Source: an uncultured delta proteobacterium
Lineage (GTDB): Bacteria; Desulfobacterota; Binatia; Binatales; Binataceae
DNA length: 64,000 bases
Assembly: GCA_963830715.1 (NCBI GenBank)
Contig: CAWHNS010000020.1
Location: 102,148-166,147, forward strand
Direction of reading: 5' to 3'
The notes beneath the pieces were generated by a model, which was given only the letters and a program-made list of their open reading frames with translations, had not been told where the DNA came from and did not search any database. The position numbers and the translations under genes are program-made. Positions 41,380 through 51,522 of the stretch are shown one piece after another (position 1 is the first letter of the stretch; each line of letters opens with the position of its first letter).

Positions 41380-43200
41380 ATGCGAACTCTACATTCCGAG
41401 GGTCCGGCGCGCGTAGGCGCCGATAAAACAAGGCTGGCCGAGCGGGCCGCGACTCGATTCGCGGGCTCGCGAGCCAAAAAGTTCCTTTCCTACTACAAGC
41501 CGTATCGAGGTCTGCTTTTCGCGGACCTTCTATGCGCCATCATCATATCGGCGGCGGCACTGCTCCTGCCCGTCTGTGCGAATTTCATCACTAAGAAGCT
41601 GCTGGCAACTCAGGGCGGACCCGGCGCGCTCGACAAGATCTATGCGCTGGGCGTTGCCATGCTCGCGCTCGTCGGCCTCCAAGCCCTATGCACGTTGTTC
41701 GTCGATTACCAGGGACACGTGATGGGCGCGAAGATGGAGCGAGACATGCGCCGAGAGCTGTTCGAGCATTACCAGAAACTATCGTTCAGCTTTTACGACC
41801 GGCAGAGAACCGGCCAGCTCATGGCTCGGATCACCAACGATCTCCTCTCCCTCGCTGAGCTCTATCATCACGGACCGGAAGATCTCGCGATCGCGGCCCT
41901 GGAGCTAATAGGGGTGCTGGTCATCCTCGCACATATCGACAGGACGCTCACGCTAATCGTGCTGTGCTTCCTGCCCGTGATGTTCCTCTTCGCGCTGCAT
42001 TTCAGTCGGCGCATGATCGCCGCGCTCAGATTGAGCAAAGACCGCATCGGCGACATCAACGCGCGCGTCGAAGATTCGCTCGCGGGGATACGGGTGGTTA
42101 AGTCCTTCACCAACGAGGCGTTCGAGACCGCGCGCTTCAACTACGAGAACGATCGCTTTCTCGCGAGCAGGAGCGAGGGCTATCGGAGCGAGGCATGGTT
42201 CTCCGGCGGGATGGCCGCTTTCACGCAGCTCATCACGATTGCCGTGATCGTGTTCGGTGCAGCGGGCGTCGCGCGGGCGGCGCTCGACCTCGCCGACCTG
42301 CTTACCTTCCTGATGTGCGTCGCTGTGCTCATCGACCCGATCCGCCGACTCGTGAATCTCGCGCGGCTCTATCAGGAAGGGAGCACCGGGTTTGACCGGT
42401 TCTTTGAGATGCTGCAGATGGAGCCGGACATGCCCGACCAGGCTGGCGCCGCCGAGCTGACGCAGGTGCGGGGAGACATCACGTTCCGCAACGTAAGCTT
42501 CCGATACAGCGACGATTCGCCCTTCGTGCTGACAAACTTATCTCTCGAGATAAGAGCCGGCGAGTTTGTCGCGCTGGTAGGCGCTTCGGGCGTTGGCAAG
42601 ACCACGCTCTGCTCGCTGATCCCGCGCTTCTATGACGCGACCGCTGGCGACGTCCTCATTGATGGCAGGAACGTCAGGGATATCCGGCCGCGGTCCCTGC
42701 GGCAAAATATCGGCATCGTGCAGCAGGACGTTTATCTGTTCGCGGGAACGGTCGCGGAGAATCTCGGCTATGGCAAGCCCGATGCGAGCCCCGACGAAAT
42801 CATCGAAGCCGCGAAACTGGCCCATGCGCACGACTTCATCATGGCGCTGCCGAACGCCTACGATACGGAGATCGGCGAACGCGGCGTGAAGCTCTCGGGC
42901 GGGCAAAAGCAGAGGCTCAGCATCGCCCGCGTCTTTCTCAAAAATCCACCCATCCTGATTTTCGACGAGGCCACAAGCGCGCTCGACAATGAAAGCGAAC
43001 GGTCGGTCCAGGAGTCCCTGCACCGGCTCGCGCGCAATCGCACGACGCTCGTTATTGCCCATCGGCTATCGACCGTGAGGAACGTGGGGAGAATTGTTGT
43101 GCTGACCGAGGATGGGATCGCTGAAGAAGGCACTCATGCTGAGCTCGTCACGTCGTGCGGCGCGTATTCGCGACTCTACAACACTCAGGCGAGCATATGA
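41380..43200 (+). CDS. ABC transporter permease/ATP-binding fusion (MsbA-like exporter)
   Basis: 6-TM domain + Walker A GASGVGKTT, signature LSGGQKQRLSIAR, Walker B ILIFDEATSALD. Confidence 0.9.
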   Translation: MRTLHSEGPARVGADKTRLAERAATRFAGSRAKKFLSYYKPYRGLLFADLLCAIIISAAALLLPVCANFITKKLLATQGGPGALDKIYALGVAMLALVGLQALCTLFVDYQGHVMGAKMERDMRRELFEHYQKLSFSFYDRQRTGQLMARITNDLLSLAELYHHGPEDLAIAALELIGVLVILAHIDRTLTLIVLCFLPVMFLFALHFSRRMIAALRLSKDRIGDINARVEDSLAGIRVVKSFTNEAFETARFNYENDRFLASRSEGYRSEAWFSGGMAAFTQLITIAVIVFGAAGVARAALDLADLLTFLMCVAVLIDPIRRLVNLARLYQEGSTGFDRFFEMLQMEPDMPDQAGAAELTQVRGDITFRNVSFRYSDDSPFVLTNLSLEIRAGEFVALVGASGVGKTTLCSLIPRFYDATAGDVLIDGRNVRDIRPRSLRQNIGIVQQDVYLFAGTVAENLGYGKPDASPDEIIEAAKLAHAHDFIMALPNAYDTEIGERGVKLSGGQKQRLSIARVFLKNPPILIFDEATSALDNESERSVQESLHRLARNRTTLVIAHRLSTVRNVGRIVVLTEDGIAEEGTHAELVTSCGAYSRLYNTQASI

Positions 43201-43475
43201 GACATGATTGATCTTGAGATAGGAACCGACGGCGCAGTTCCAGCGGGCGCGGCCTTGAGGCCGAGGCCAAACGCACCGCAGGTTAAGCTCCTCAGTTTCC
43301 CGTTCGGAGCTGCATCCGGCGGAAGTGAAGAGCGGTCTCGTCATTCTGGACATGCTCGCGCTGGTCGTTGCCTCTTTTCTGCTCGCGGCGGGCTCTTCCA
43401 ATCCTCGCGGCTTCGCGAAAATATAAGGCCATACGTCCGCCGAAGCATGACCATGATCCAAAAGGCGGGGTCCAG

Positions 43476-44249
43476 ATGGGTATAGCCGACGGGAAACATG
43501 CGCTCGTGGTGGGGGTGGCCAACGAGAAAAGCCTCGCGTGGTCGATCGCGCGCGAGCTCGCCGCGCAGGGCGCGTCAGTCGCGATGACGTACCAAGGCGA
43601 GATTCTGGAGAAGCGGGTGCGTCCGCTCGCCGAACAGATTCGCGCGACCCTGATCGGCGAACTCGACGTTACCCGCGACGATCAGATCGCCTCGGTGCTC
43701 TCGGCGGTCAGGGAATTGTGGGGCGGGCTCGACATGCTCGTGCACGCGGTCGCATTCGCCGAGCGCGAAGACCTGCGCGATCGGTTCCTGAACGTGAATC
43801 GCGCCAACTTCGCGCGCTCGATCGAGATCAGCGCCTATTCGCTGGTGGCGCTGGCGCGCGCGGCGGAACCGCTGATGGTGTCGCGGGGCGGCGGTTCGAT
43901 CCTGACGCTGAGCTACCTTGGCGCGGTCCGCGCGGTGCCGAATTACAACGTGATGGGCGTGGCCAAGGCCGCCCTGGAAGCCTGCGTCCGCTATCTGGCG
44001 CTCGACCTCGGCCCCGGCAACATCCGGGTCAACGCGCTCAGCGCGGCTCCGGCGCGCACGCTCTCATCGGCGGCGATTCGCGGCTTTCACGACATGGCCC
44101 ATGAGGTCGAGGCGCGCGCGCCGATGCGCCGGGCGATGAACCCCGACGAGGTCGGCAAGATGGCCGCCGCGATGCTGAGCGATCTGGCCAGCGGCGTCAC
44201 CGGCCAGACGGTGTACGTAGACGTAGGCTATAGTATCGTCGGCCTCTGA
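43476..44249 (+). CDS. fabI: enoyl-[acyl-carrier-protein] reductase (NADH) FabI
   Basis: GKHALVVGVANEKSLAWSIARELAAQGA; SYLGAVRAVPNYNVMGVAKAALEA (Tyr/Lys catalytic). Confidence 0.9.
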   Translation: MGIADGKHALVVGVANEKSLAWSIARELAAQGASVAMTYQGEILEKRVRPLAEQIRATLIGELDVTRDDQIASVLSAVRELWGGLDMLVHAVAFAEREDLRDRFLNVNRANFARSIEISAYSLVALARAAEPLMVSRGGGSILTLSYLGAVRAVPNYNVMGVAKAALEACVRYLALDLGPGNIRVNALSAAPARTLSSAAIRGFHDMAHEVEARAPMRRAMNPDEVGKMAAAMLSDLASGVTGQTVYVDVGYSIVGL

Positions 44250-44280
44250 GCCGATTTCCCGATTACGCAGGGAGGACGCT

Positions 44281-45056
44281 GTGGCGATCGTTCCTGTCTC
44301 TCAACTCTCCGACAATTTCGCGTACCTGGTAATCGACGACGACGCCAAAGTCTGCGGCGTTGTGGACTGCGCCGAAGCCGGCAAGGTACTGGCCGAGGTC
44401 TCGCGCCGCGCACTCGATCTGGTCGCGGTGCTCTCGACGCACTGGCATTTCGATCACGTCGGCGGCAACCAGGATCTGCTCAGGCTCGCCCGAAGCTCAA
44501 GGTGTACGGCGCGCGCGCCGAGGGCGGGCGGATTCCCGGCCTGACCAATCCGCTCGACGACGGCGACACGCTGGCGATCGGATCGCTGGAAGGACAGGTA
44601 ATCGGAATCCCCGCTCACACCAGCGGACATATCGCTTATTACTTCCCGCAGATCAAAGCGGCGTTTACGGGAGACACGTTGTTCATCGCCGGATGCGGCC
44701 GCGTCTTCGAGGGCAAAGCGGCGACGATGGTGGAATCGCTGCGCAAGCTGGCCGCGCTGCCCGACGACACGCAGGTCTTCTGCGGGCATGAGTACACCGA
44801 GAAGAACCTGCGCTTCGCGTTGACGCTGGAGCCCAACAACCAGGCGATAAGGCACAAGCACGCCTGGGCGGCCAAGATGCGCTCCGAGGGGAAGTGGACG
44901 GTGCCGTCAACGATCGGAGAGGAGAAGCGGATCAACCCTTTTCTGCGAATCGACAGCGCCGAGCTGCGCGCATCGCTCAAGCGCCAGGACCCGTCGCTCG
45001 CCGACGACCCGGTCGCGATTTTCGCGAAAACGCGCGAATTGAAGGACCGTTTCTAG
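44281..45056 (+). CDS. gloB: hydroxyacylglutathione hydrolase GloB (glyoxalase II); 1-nt deletion in C-run near 44495 splits ORF
   Basis: FAYLVIDDDAKVCGVVD, THWHFDHVGGN; second piece CGHEYTEKNLRFALTLEPNN. Confidence 0.85.
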
Positions 45057-45128
45057 GGCGCGTGCAGCAGGTTTGCATTGGCAGGTGGCTCGGGGCAATG
45101 ATGGTAGCGAAGTAGTACAGGACCTACA

Positions 45129-45398
45129 ATGCGGCGAGACATGGTTGCTTCCAAACGTCGCGTGCCTCGAGCGCTGGCGACAAGCCGTCTTACCAGCAAG
45201 GGGCAGGCTACGGTTCCGATATCGGTGAGACACAAGCTTCGTCTGAGGCCCGGCGATACTATCATCTTTGAGGAGTCGGACGCGGGAATCGGCCTTCGCA
45301 AAGCCGAGCCGCTGGACATCGAGTATCTGTCCGCCCTGGAGACCAGCTTGTCCGAGTGGAGTTCGAAGAACGACAACCTGGCCTATCGTGACCTGTAG
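45129..45398 (+). CDS. mazE: MazE/AbrB-family antitoxin
   Basis: SKGQATVPISVRHKLRLRPGDTIIFEE (SpoVT/AbrB swapped-hairpin). Confidence 0.7.
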   Translation: MRRDMVASKRRVPRALATSRLTSKGQATVPISVRHKLRLRPGDTIIFEESDAGIGLRKAEPLDIEYLSALETSLSEWSSKNDNLAYRDL

Positions 45399-45725
45399 TC
45401 CGTACGATGTTGTTGTCGTGCCATTTCCTTTCGCTGACCGCCGCGGGGGCAAACGTAGACCAGCACTCGCCTTATGCCGGGAAGAGTTCAGTGCAACCAG
45501 TGGTCATACGATTCTGGCAATGATCACCAGCGCGCAGAATCCGCCGTGGCCAATGGATGTCGTCAAGATTCGAAGCGGGCCGGTCTTCAGGCGCCATCGA
45601 AAGTGCGCATGAAAATCTTCACGCTGGATAATCGCCTCGTCTTGCACAGGATTGGAAGACTCGCGCAGCCGGACCGGGAATCGGTCGCGGCAGTGATAAG
45701 GAGACTGTTGCCGGAACATTCCTGA
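45388..45725 (+). CDS. mazF: MazF/PemK-family endoribonuclease toxin (GTG start overlapping mazE; frameshift ~45585)
   Basis: YDVVVVPFPFADRRGGKRRPALAL...GHTILAMITSAQNPPWPMDV then VRMKIFTLDNRLVLHRIGRLAQPDRESVAAVIRRLL. Confidence 0.7.
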
Positions 45726-45769
45726 GCAGAGCCGAATGAACTAACCGAACACCGTTTGAGGCAACGACG

Positions 45770-47020
45770 ATGAAAAATCAGTGGCGTAGTCGAATGGGCC
45801 GGCGCGAGTTTATCAAGCGCGGCGCGATTGCGGGACTGGGCCTCGGGATGTTTTCCGTTGCCGGCAAGGCGGTCGCGGCGATATCGCGCTCCGGCGTGGG
45901 CCGCTACGCTCCGCTTGGCCGCACCGGGATGCGCATCTCGGATATCTCGTTCGGTTCGAGCAGCCTGAGCACGGGCCAGGAAAATCTCGTCCTGCAAGCC
46001 TTCGACAGCGGAATCAACTACTTCGACACCGCCAATGACTATACCGGCGGCGAATCGGAAACGACTATCGGCCGCGCGCTTCGCGGCAAACGCGACAAAG
46101 TTTTTGTTACCTCCAAGGTCTTCGCCGGACCCGACGATCGCAAAGAATCGATCATGCACGAGCTCGAGGAAAGTCTGCGCCGCCTCCAGACCGATCACGT
46201 CGATGTGTACTTCAATCACGCGGTGAACAATGTCGCGCGTTTGAAAAATCCCGAATGGTACGAATTCGCCGAGCAGGCGAAACAGCAGGGCAAGCTTCGC
46301 TTCACGGGAGTTTCGGGCCACGCGGGACGGCTCACCGAATGCCTCGACTACGCGATCGATTCCGGCCGCTTCGACGTGATCCTGGCCGCGTACAACTTCG
46401 GCCAGCAACCGGGCTTCACACAGCGCCTGCTGCGCCGTCTCGACATTATCGCCGTGCAGCCCGAGATGCCGCGCCTGATCAAAAAGGCCAAGGCCAAGGG
46501 GATGGGTTTCATCGCGATGAAAACCCTGATGGGCGCGCGGCTCAACGACATGCGCCCCTATGAGGCCAACGGCTCGACTTTTTCGCAAGCCGCGTTTCGA
46601 TGGGTGCTCTCGAATCCGGATGTTGACGCGCTGATCGTCACGATGAAGAGTCCCGCGATCATTGACGAGTACCTCGGCGCTTCGGGCTCGCGTGCCGCGG
46701 TCGAGGAAGACGCGCCGCTGCTCCAGCGCTATCTTGGCCTCAATGGCTCGTCCCACTGCCGCCAGGGATGCGGCATATGCGAGAGCGCCTGCCCGGCCGG
46801 CGTGCCGATCGCCGACGTTCTGCGGACCCGGATGTACGCGAACGACTACGGCGACATGCGCCTGGCCCGCAGCGAGTATGCGCGCCTCGGCGCCGGCGCC
46901 TCGGCATGCATCACCTGTGCGCATCACGCCTGCGCCGGCGCCTGTCCGCACGGAGTGCAGACCGAGGCGCTGCTCGGACCGACGCACGCGATGCTCTCCA
47001 AAGCTTCAGTGGTCCATTGA
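45770..47020 (+). CDS. Tat-exported aldo/keto reductase fused to C-terminal 2x[4Fe-4S]-type Cys-cluster domain
   Basis: Twin-arginine signal MGRREFIKRGAIAGLGLGM; AKR fold (FDTANDYTGGESE); CRQGCGICESACP and CITCAHHACAGACP. Confidence 0.8.
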   Translation: MKNQWRSRMGRREFIKRGAIAGLGLGMFSVAGKAVAAISRSGVGRYAPLGRTGMRISDISFGSSSLSTGQENLVLQAFDSGINYFDTANDYTGGESETTIGRALRGKRDKVFVTSKVFAGPDDRKESIMHELEESLRRLQTDHVDVYFNHAVNNVARLKNPEWYEFAEQAKQQGKLRFTGVSGHAGRLTECLDYAIDSGRFDVILAAYNFGQQPGFTQRLLRRLDIIAVQPEMPRLIKKAKAKGMGFIAMKTLMGARLNDMRPYEANGSTFSQAAFRWVLSNPDVDALIVTMKSPAIIDEYLGASGSRAAVEEDAPLLQRYLGLNGSSHCRQGCGICESACPAGVPIADVLRTRMYANDYGDMRLARSEYARLGAGASACITCAHHACAGACPHGVQTEALLGPTHAMLSKASVVH

Positions 47021-47081
47021 TCGGCGGGATCGCGCAGCGTTGGCCGTGGCGATCAGGCGAAATCGCCGGCGCGGAAACGCG

Positions 47082-48260
47082 ATGAAGGAGGAGCAGCGCG
47101 GCGATCCGGAAGAGCGCCGCCGCGACCCCGAGGCTTTTCTCGATCTCGTTGCGAGCTCGCAAAAGGGCAGGCTCAAGATCTACGTCGGCGGAGCGGCCGG
47201 GGTTGGCAAGACCTACCGGATGCTCCAGGAGGCGCACGATCTGCGCGCCCAGGGCCGCGACGTGGTGCTCGGCGCGATCGAGACGCACGCCCGCGCCGAC
47301 ACCGCGGCGCTGCTCGGCGGCCTCGAAATGATTCCACTGCGCGACATGCCGTATCGCGGGAGCGTCCTCAAAGAGATGGACCTCGACGCGATCATTGCGC
47401 GCAAGCCCGAGATCGCCGTGGTCGATGAGCTGGCTCATACCAACGCCCCCGGATCGCGCCACGAGAAGCGCTATCAGGACGTGGAGGAACTGCTCGCCTG
47501 CGGGATCAACGTAATTACCGCGGTCAACATTCAGCATCTCGAAGGCCTGCGGCCGCTGGTCAAACGGATTACCGGCATCGAGGTCAAGGAGACGCTCCCG
47601 GATGCCTTCCTGTCGCGCGCCGATCAGGTGGTCACCGTCGACATTTCGGTCGAGGAGCTCCGCCAACGCCTTCGTGAAGGAAAAATCTACCCTCAGGAGC
47701 AGGTCGAGCAGGCGCTCAAGAATTTCTTCAAGCCGAGCAACATCGCTTCGCTGCGCGAGCTGGCCCTGCGCGAGGTCGCGCGCGACCAGAGCCGTCAGCG
47801 CGAGGAACTGGAGGAGCTCAAGCGCCAGGGTGGACGCCGCGCGGCCGTAACCGAACGGATGATGGTCTGTCTGTCGTCGAATCCGGTCGGCGGCGATGAT
47901 TTGCTGCGCAAGGCCGCGCGCCGGGCCAGCCAGCTGAACGCCGACTGGTACGCGGTCCATATCGAGACGCCGGCAGAGTCGGTCCAGAAGATCAGCACCA
48001 GCGATTTCCGGGCGCTGCTCGACAACATCAATCTGGCCGCCGACCTGGGAGCCGAGATCGTCTGGCTTAAGGCGCCCGAGGTGGTGAAAGCGCTGCTGGA
48101 TTTCGCGCACGAGAAAGGGATCACGCGTATAGTGGCCGGCCGGACGAGTCCCACTTTTCTGAATCGACTGCTGCGCCGTTCGGTAACCAACAAGCTCGTC
48201 TCTGCGGCGCGCGACTTTGACGTCGAAGTCCTGAGCCTGACCGACGCGCGCACGCAGTAG
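47082..48260 (+). CDS. KdpD N-terminal sensor domain + universal stress protein domain (no histidine kinase core)
   Basis: LKIYVGGAAGVGKTYRMLQEAHDLRAQGRDVVLGAIETH; IAVVDELAHTNAPGSRHEKRYQDVEELL; USP-like C-terminus. Confidence 0.8.
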   Translation: MKEEQRGDPEERRRDPEAFLDLVASSQKGRLKIYVGGAAGVGKTYRMLQEAHDLRAQGRDVVLGAIETHARADTAALLGGLEMIPLRDMPYRGSVLKEMDLDAIIARKPEIAVVDELAHTNAPGSRHEKRYQDVEELLACGINVITAVNIQHLEGLRPLVKRITGIEVKETLPDAFLSRADQVVTVDISVEELRQRLREGKIYPQEQVEQALKNFFKPSNIASLRELALREVARDQSRQREELEELKRQGGRRAAVTERMMVCLSSNPVGGDDLLRKAARRASQLNADWYAVHIETPAESVQKISTSDFRALLDNINLAADLGAEIVWLKAPEVVKALLDFAHEKGITRIVAGRTSPTFLNRLLRRSVTNKLVSAARDFDVEVLSLTDARTQ

Positions 48261-48377
48261 GGCAGGCTCTCATTTGAGGTAAACCCTTCACGCAACAGGC
48301 GAATACGACCTCCGTCGGCGTGAGAATGCTGCCCCGAGGTCGCGTTCCGGACCTTCGCGGCCACGCTCGAGCGCCGG

Positions 48378-49043
48378 CTAGAGCAGCTTGTCCTGTGGCT
48401 TTGGTTCCGCTTCCGCGCGTCGCTTTATCCCGCGGAGTTGCCGCGCCTGCATAACACCGTGGCCAAGCAGGGCGACAGGGGCCATCAGCCAGCGCGGAGT
48501 TCTCGCGAGCAACGCATAGACGCGTTCGATTGGGCGAGGCGAGGCCGGTTTCGCCGCTTGGCTCCCCGGCCATTGCGCGCCGACACGTCCTCGCACGAGC
48601 AAACGCGTCCGGCGTTGAGCCAGCGGTTCGAGGAAGAACTCCCACGTCACCAGAAGGCCTCCGCCTTCGGCGGGCACAGTCAGGATGAGATCACGCTCCG
48701 GCTCCAAGGCGCCGACGATGAAAGAATCCTTCGCCCCCGGAAGAGACGGCAGCACATCCCCCGGCGCAACCTGCTGAAGCTCAGGAATAATCTCCGTCGC
48801 GCTGGGACGGCCGTCGTTGTCCACCCAATCATAGCTGTACCAGCCGGCGCGGCCGGAACCCATCTGCACGAGCCACGGCCACACTCTTTCCTGCGCTGCG
48901 GCGATCGTGATGGCGTGCATGACAGTAACCGCCGCGTCCGGGATCAAGGCATCGCCAGGGAGGGCTCGTTGACGCTCCCCAGGCGTGGCGCGGACGTTCA
49001 CAAAGGACATGACCTGAAATACTGACTGGCGGTCGGGTCGCAA
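48378..49043 (-). CDS. SRPBCC (START/Bet v1-like, polyketide cyclase-like) family protein
   Basis: fold-level pattern only. Confidence 0.45.
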   Translation of the reverse strand: MRPDRQSVFQVMSFVNVRATPGERQRALPGDALIPDAAVTVMHAITIAAAQERVWPWLVQMGSGRAGWYSYDWVDNDGRPSATEIIPELQQVAPGDVLPSLPGAKDSFIVGALEPERDLILTVPAEGGGLLVTWEFFLEPLAQRRTRLLVRGRVGAQWPGSQAAKPASPRPIERVYALLARTPRWLMAPVALLGHGVMQARQLRGIKRRAEAEPKPQDKLL

Positions 49044-49155
49044 TGCAAATGAACTAAAACAGGTCCGCTGGGGGCGCTGGTCCGATAGTTGCTCTGCGAT
49101 TCGCTGACACGCTCGCCGCTTGATCGGCGACGGCTCGTATCAAGGAGCGGAATCG

Positions 49156-49679
49156 ATGAAACAGAGCCACTTGTTTCAGCCGGCAGCGATAGAGCGGGCA
49201 CTCAACCGGCTGTTCGGCGCAGGCTTCGGCCTGCGCCGCAATCATTTGCTTGCGGCTGTAGCGGTGATTGCCGGGATGGTTTCCTTTCCGACGCATGCTC
49301 GCGCGCAGGCGACCGCGGGCCGGATCGAGGCTCGCCTGCTCGGATTGGCAAGCGACACGGGAACGGCGCGCTGCTGGCTGTTCGCGTCGGAACAGGGATG
49401 GCCCGCGGATCGGTCGAAGGTCTTCAGGCAAGCATCGTCGAAGATCGATCAGCATCAGGCCTCCTGCGTCTTCGACAGTGTTCCACCAGGCACCTACGCG
49501 ATCACCGCGATTCACGACGTGAACGACAACGGGAAACTGGACAAGAACTTCCTGGGCGTGCCAACCGACCCTATGGGTTCTCCAATGATGCGCGCGGGAC
49601 GATGTCACCGCCGAAATTCTCCGCGGCGAGCTTCGAGTACCGCGGCGGCGCGCTCAACCTGGCCTTCACGTTGAAGTAG
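49156..49679 (+). CDS. DUF2141 family secreted protein; frameshift ~49580
   Basis: signal peptide; YAITAIHDVNDNGKLDKNFLGVPTDPMGFSNDARGTMSPPKFSAASFEYRGGALNLAFTLK (tail in second frame). Confidence 0.6.
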
Positions 49680-49700
49680 GACCGGGCGCAGAAAGCAGCT

Positions 49701-50186
49701 ATGCCTGTTCAGGCGATGCCCTCCACACCACGCGTCCTTCCTCCGAAAGCGCTGCTTCTGAGCATTCTCGCACAGCTTCCGCTCGCGGTCTGGATGTGGC
49801 CTTTGCACCCGAGCGTAGTCGAGGTAGCGCTCGGCAGCGTCCTGCTTATTGCCGGAATTGCGTTGAACCTCCGGGCGGAGAGGCTGTTCCGACGCAGCGA
49901 TGTAGGAGTTCGTCCCTTCAGTCCAGCATCTCAGTTGATACAAAGCGGACCCTACCGGTTCAGCAGAAATCCGATGTACCTGGGCATGGTCCTCATCTGC
50001 GCAGCGGTCGCCCTGCTTTCAGGTATCATCCTGAATATCAGTGCCGCGTTGGCTCTGGCTGTCTGGCTGGAGTTCCGGTTCATTCGCCGCGAAGAGGAGT
50101 TTCTGGACAATCTCTTCGGAGCTCCGTTTCAGCGGTACATGCGACAGACGCCAAGATGGCTCGGGCGGCCGAAACGCGCAACATAG
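49701..50186 (+). CDS. isoprenylcysteine carboxyl methyltransferase (ICMT)/phospholipid methyltransferase family membrane protein
   Basis: QSGPYRFSRNPMYLGMVLI...EFRFIRREEEFL. Confidence 0.75.
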   Translation: MPVQAMPSTPRVLPPKALLLSILAQLPLAVWMWPLHPSVVEVALGSVLLIAGIALNLRAERLFRRSDVGVRPFSPASQLIQSGPYRFSRNPMYLGMVLICAAVALLSGIILNISAALALAVWLEFRFIRREEEFLDNLFGAPFQRYMRQTPRWLGRPKRAT

Positions 50187-50236
50187 GTTGCGCGAGGCTG
50201 GTGGCCAATCAAGGGGAGCATCGCCGCAGCCGTGTC

Positions 50237-50791
50237 TCACCTCATTGGGCGGGAGAAGACGATCGCGGCAGGTCGCGCCACCAGCGCGACACAAAGGCCG
50301 TAAACGATGTGAACCACGAGGCTCGGATAGATCGTGTCGAACCCCAATTCCCAGGGCGTCGGGTCTCCAAAGACGAAAGGCAAGGCCAGAGAGTTGACCG
50401 CGGCGTAAAACGCAGCACCGTAGACAGCGCCGATTAGAAGACGAACGCGTCGATCTGCGATGCTGCCAAGCAGCACGAGCAAGGGCACCGCGGCCATCCA
50501 ACTGATGACCAGATGCTGCATCAACGTAAGCAGGTAGTGCAGGGGCACCGTTACCTGCCCGACGAGCAGTTCGAGTGTCTTTCTCCCGTACTCGTTGACC
50601 CGCAGGCCGAGCGCTCGGAACATTGCAGCGAAGGGGATCATGGCGAGACACGCGACGGTTCCTGAGCGCAGCGCCTCACGGACCAACCGGATCCGCGCCT
50701 CCCGACTACCGAGCGAACTCATCACGTCGCTGGACTCTTCTTCTCCAACTCCAAGGGTTCGAGACTTACCACCGGCTGCGAAGATGCGCAT
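50237..50791 (-). CDS. hypothetical multi-pass membrane protein (DUF1440-like)
   Basis: 4-5 hydrophobic helices. Confidence 0.45.
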   Translation of the reverse strand: MRIFAAGGKSRTLGVGEEESSDVMSSLGSREARIRLVREALRSGTVACLAMIPFAAMFRALGLRVNEYGRKTLELLVGQVTVPLHYLLTLMQHLVISWMAAVPLLVLLGSIADRRVRLLIGAVYGAAFYAAVNSLALPFVFGDPTPWELGFDTIYPSLVVHIVYGLCVALVARPAAIVFSRPMR

Positions 50792-51086
50792 CAGCTACGT
50801 CGATTTTCGACTGGACGTCGCGGCAGGCCAAGGGGCTCGGACTTTTTGGCTGGACAGCGCACTGTGACGAAATTGAATCGAGCCGAAAGTGCGATCGTGA
50901 TACGCGTCCCCACTCCATTGGCGTTTGCACGCCGAACGTCAACATCCCATCGACCGCATAGCGGGTGAACAGTTGGGTCATCTCGGTGTCGAATTCTCGC
51001 GACCCTTTCCGGCCGAGGTGATCTTCCGACCCGGTCGCGCGCGAGCGCAGCGCCGGCGGCGCGGCAGGCGACTCAGGGTCGTCCGG

Positions 51087-51502
51087 CTAGAACGGCTTCA
51101 AGATCGCGAGCAGTAGGATCGCCAGCAGCAGCACGCTGATGATCCCATGGAGCATCCTGAATTCGCCGGCGGTTGCGGCGCTGCCCGGCTCATTCTCGAT
51201 CGCGACGACCCGCCGATAGAGCCGGATTTGGAGGACGATCAGCACCACGACCAGCAGCAGCTTCGTGTGCAGCCATCCCTGGCGCAGCACCCGGGCTCGA
51301 ACGGGATCAGCAGGAATCCGAACGCGATCGCGAGCGCCGCGCCGATATTGCATCCGATGAACAGTCGGCGGACCGCGACGATGAATCGCTCCTTGGCGAC
51401 CCCGACTTCGTCAGGCACCAGCGCGAGCAGTCTGGTGATCGCGAGCAATCCGCCGAGCCAGAAGACGACTCCGAAAAGATGCAGGGTGAGGATCCAGGGC
51501 AC
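51087..51502 (-). CDS. hemJ: protoporphyrinogen IX oxidase HemJ; frameshift ~51300
   Basis: ILTLHLFGVVFWLGGLLAITRLLA ... GWLHTKLLLVVVLIVLQ (UPF0093/HemJ pattern). Confidence 0.6.
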
Positions 51503-51522
51503 GATTGTTTACCGGCTGCGGG

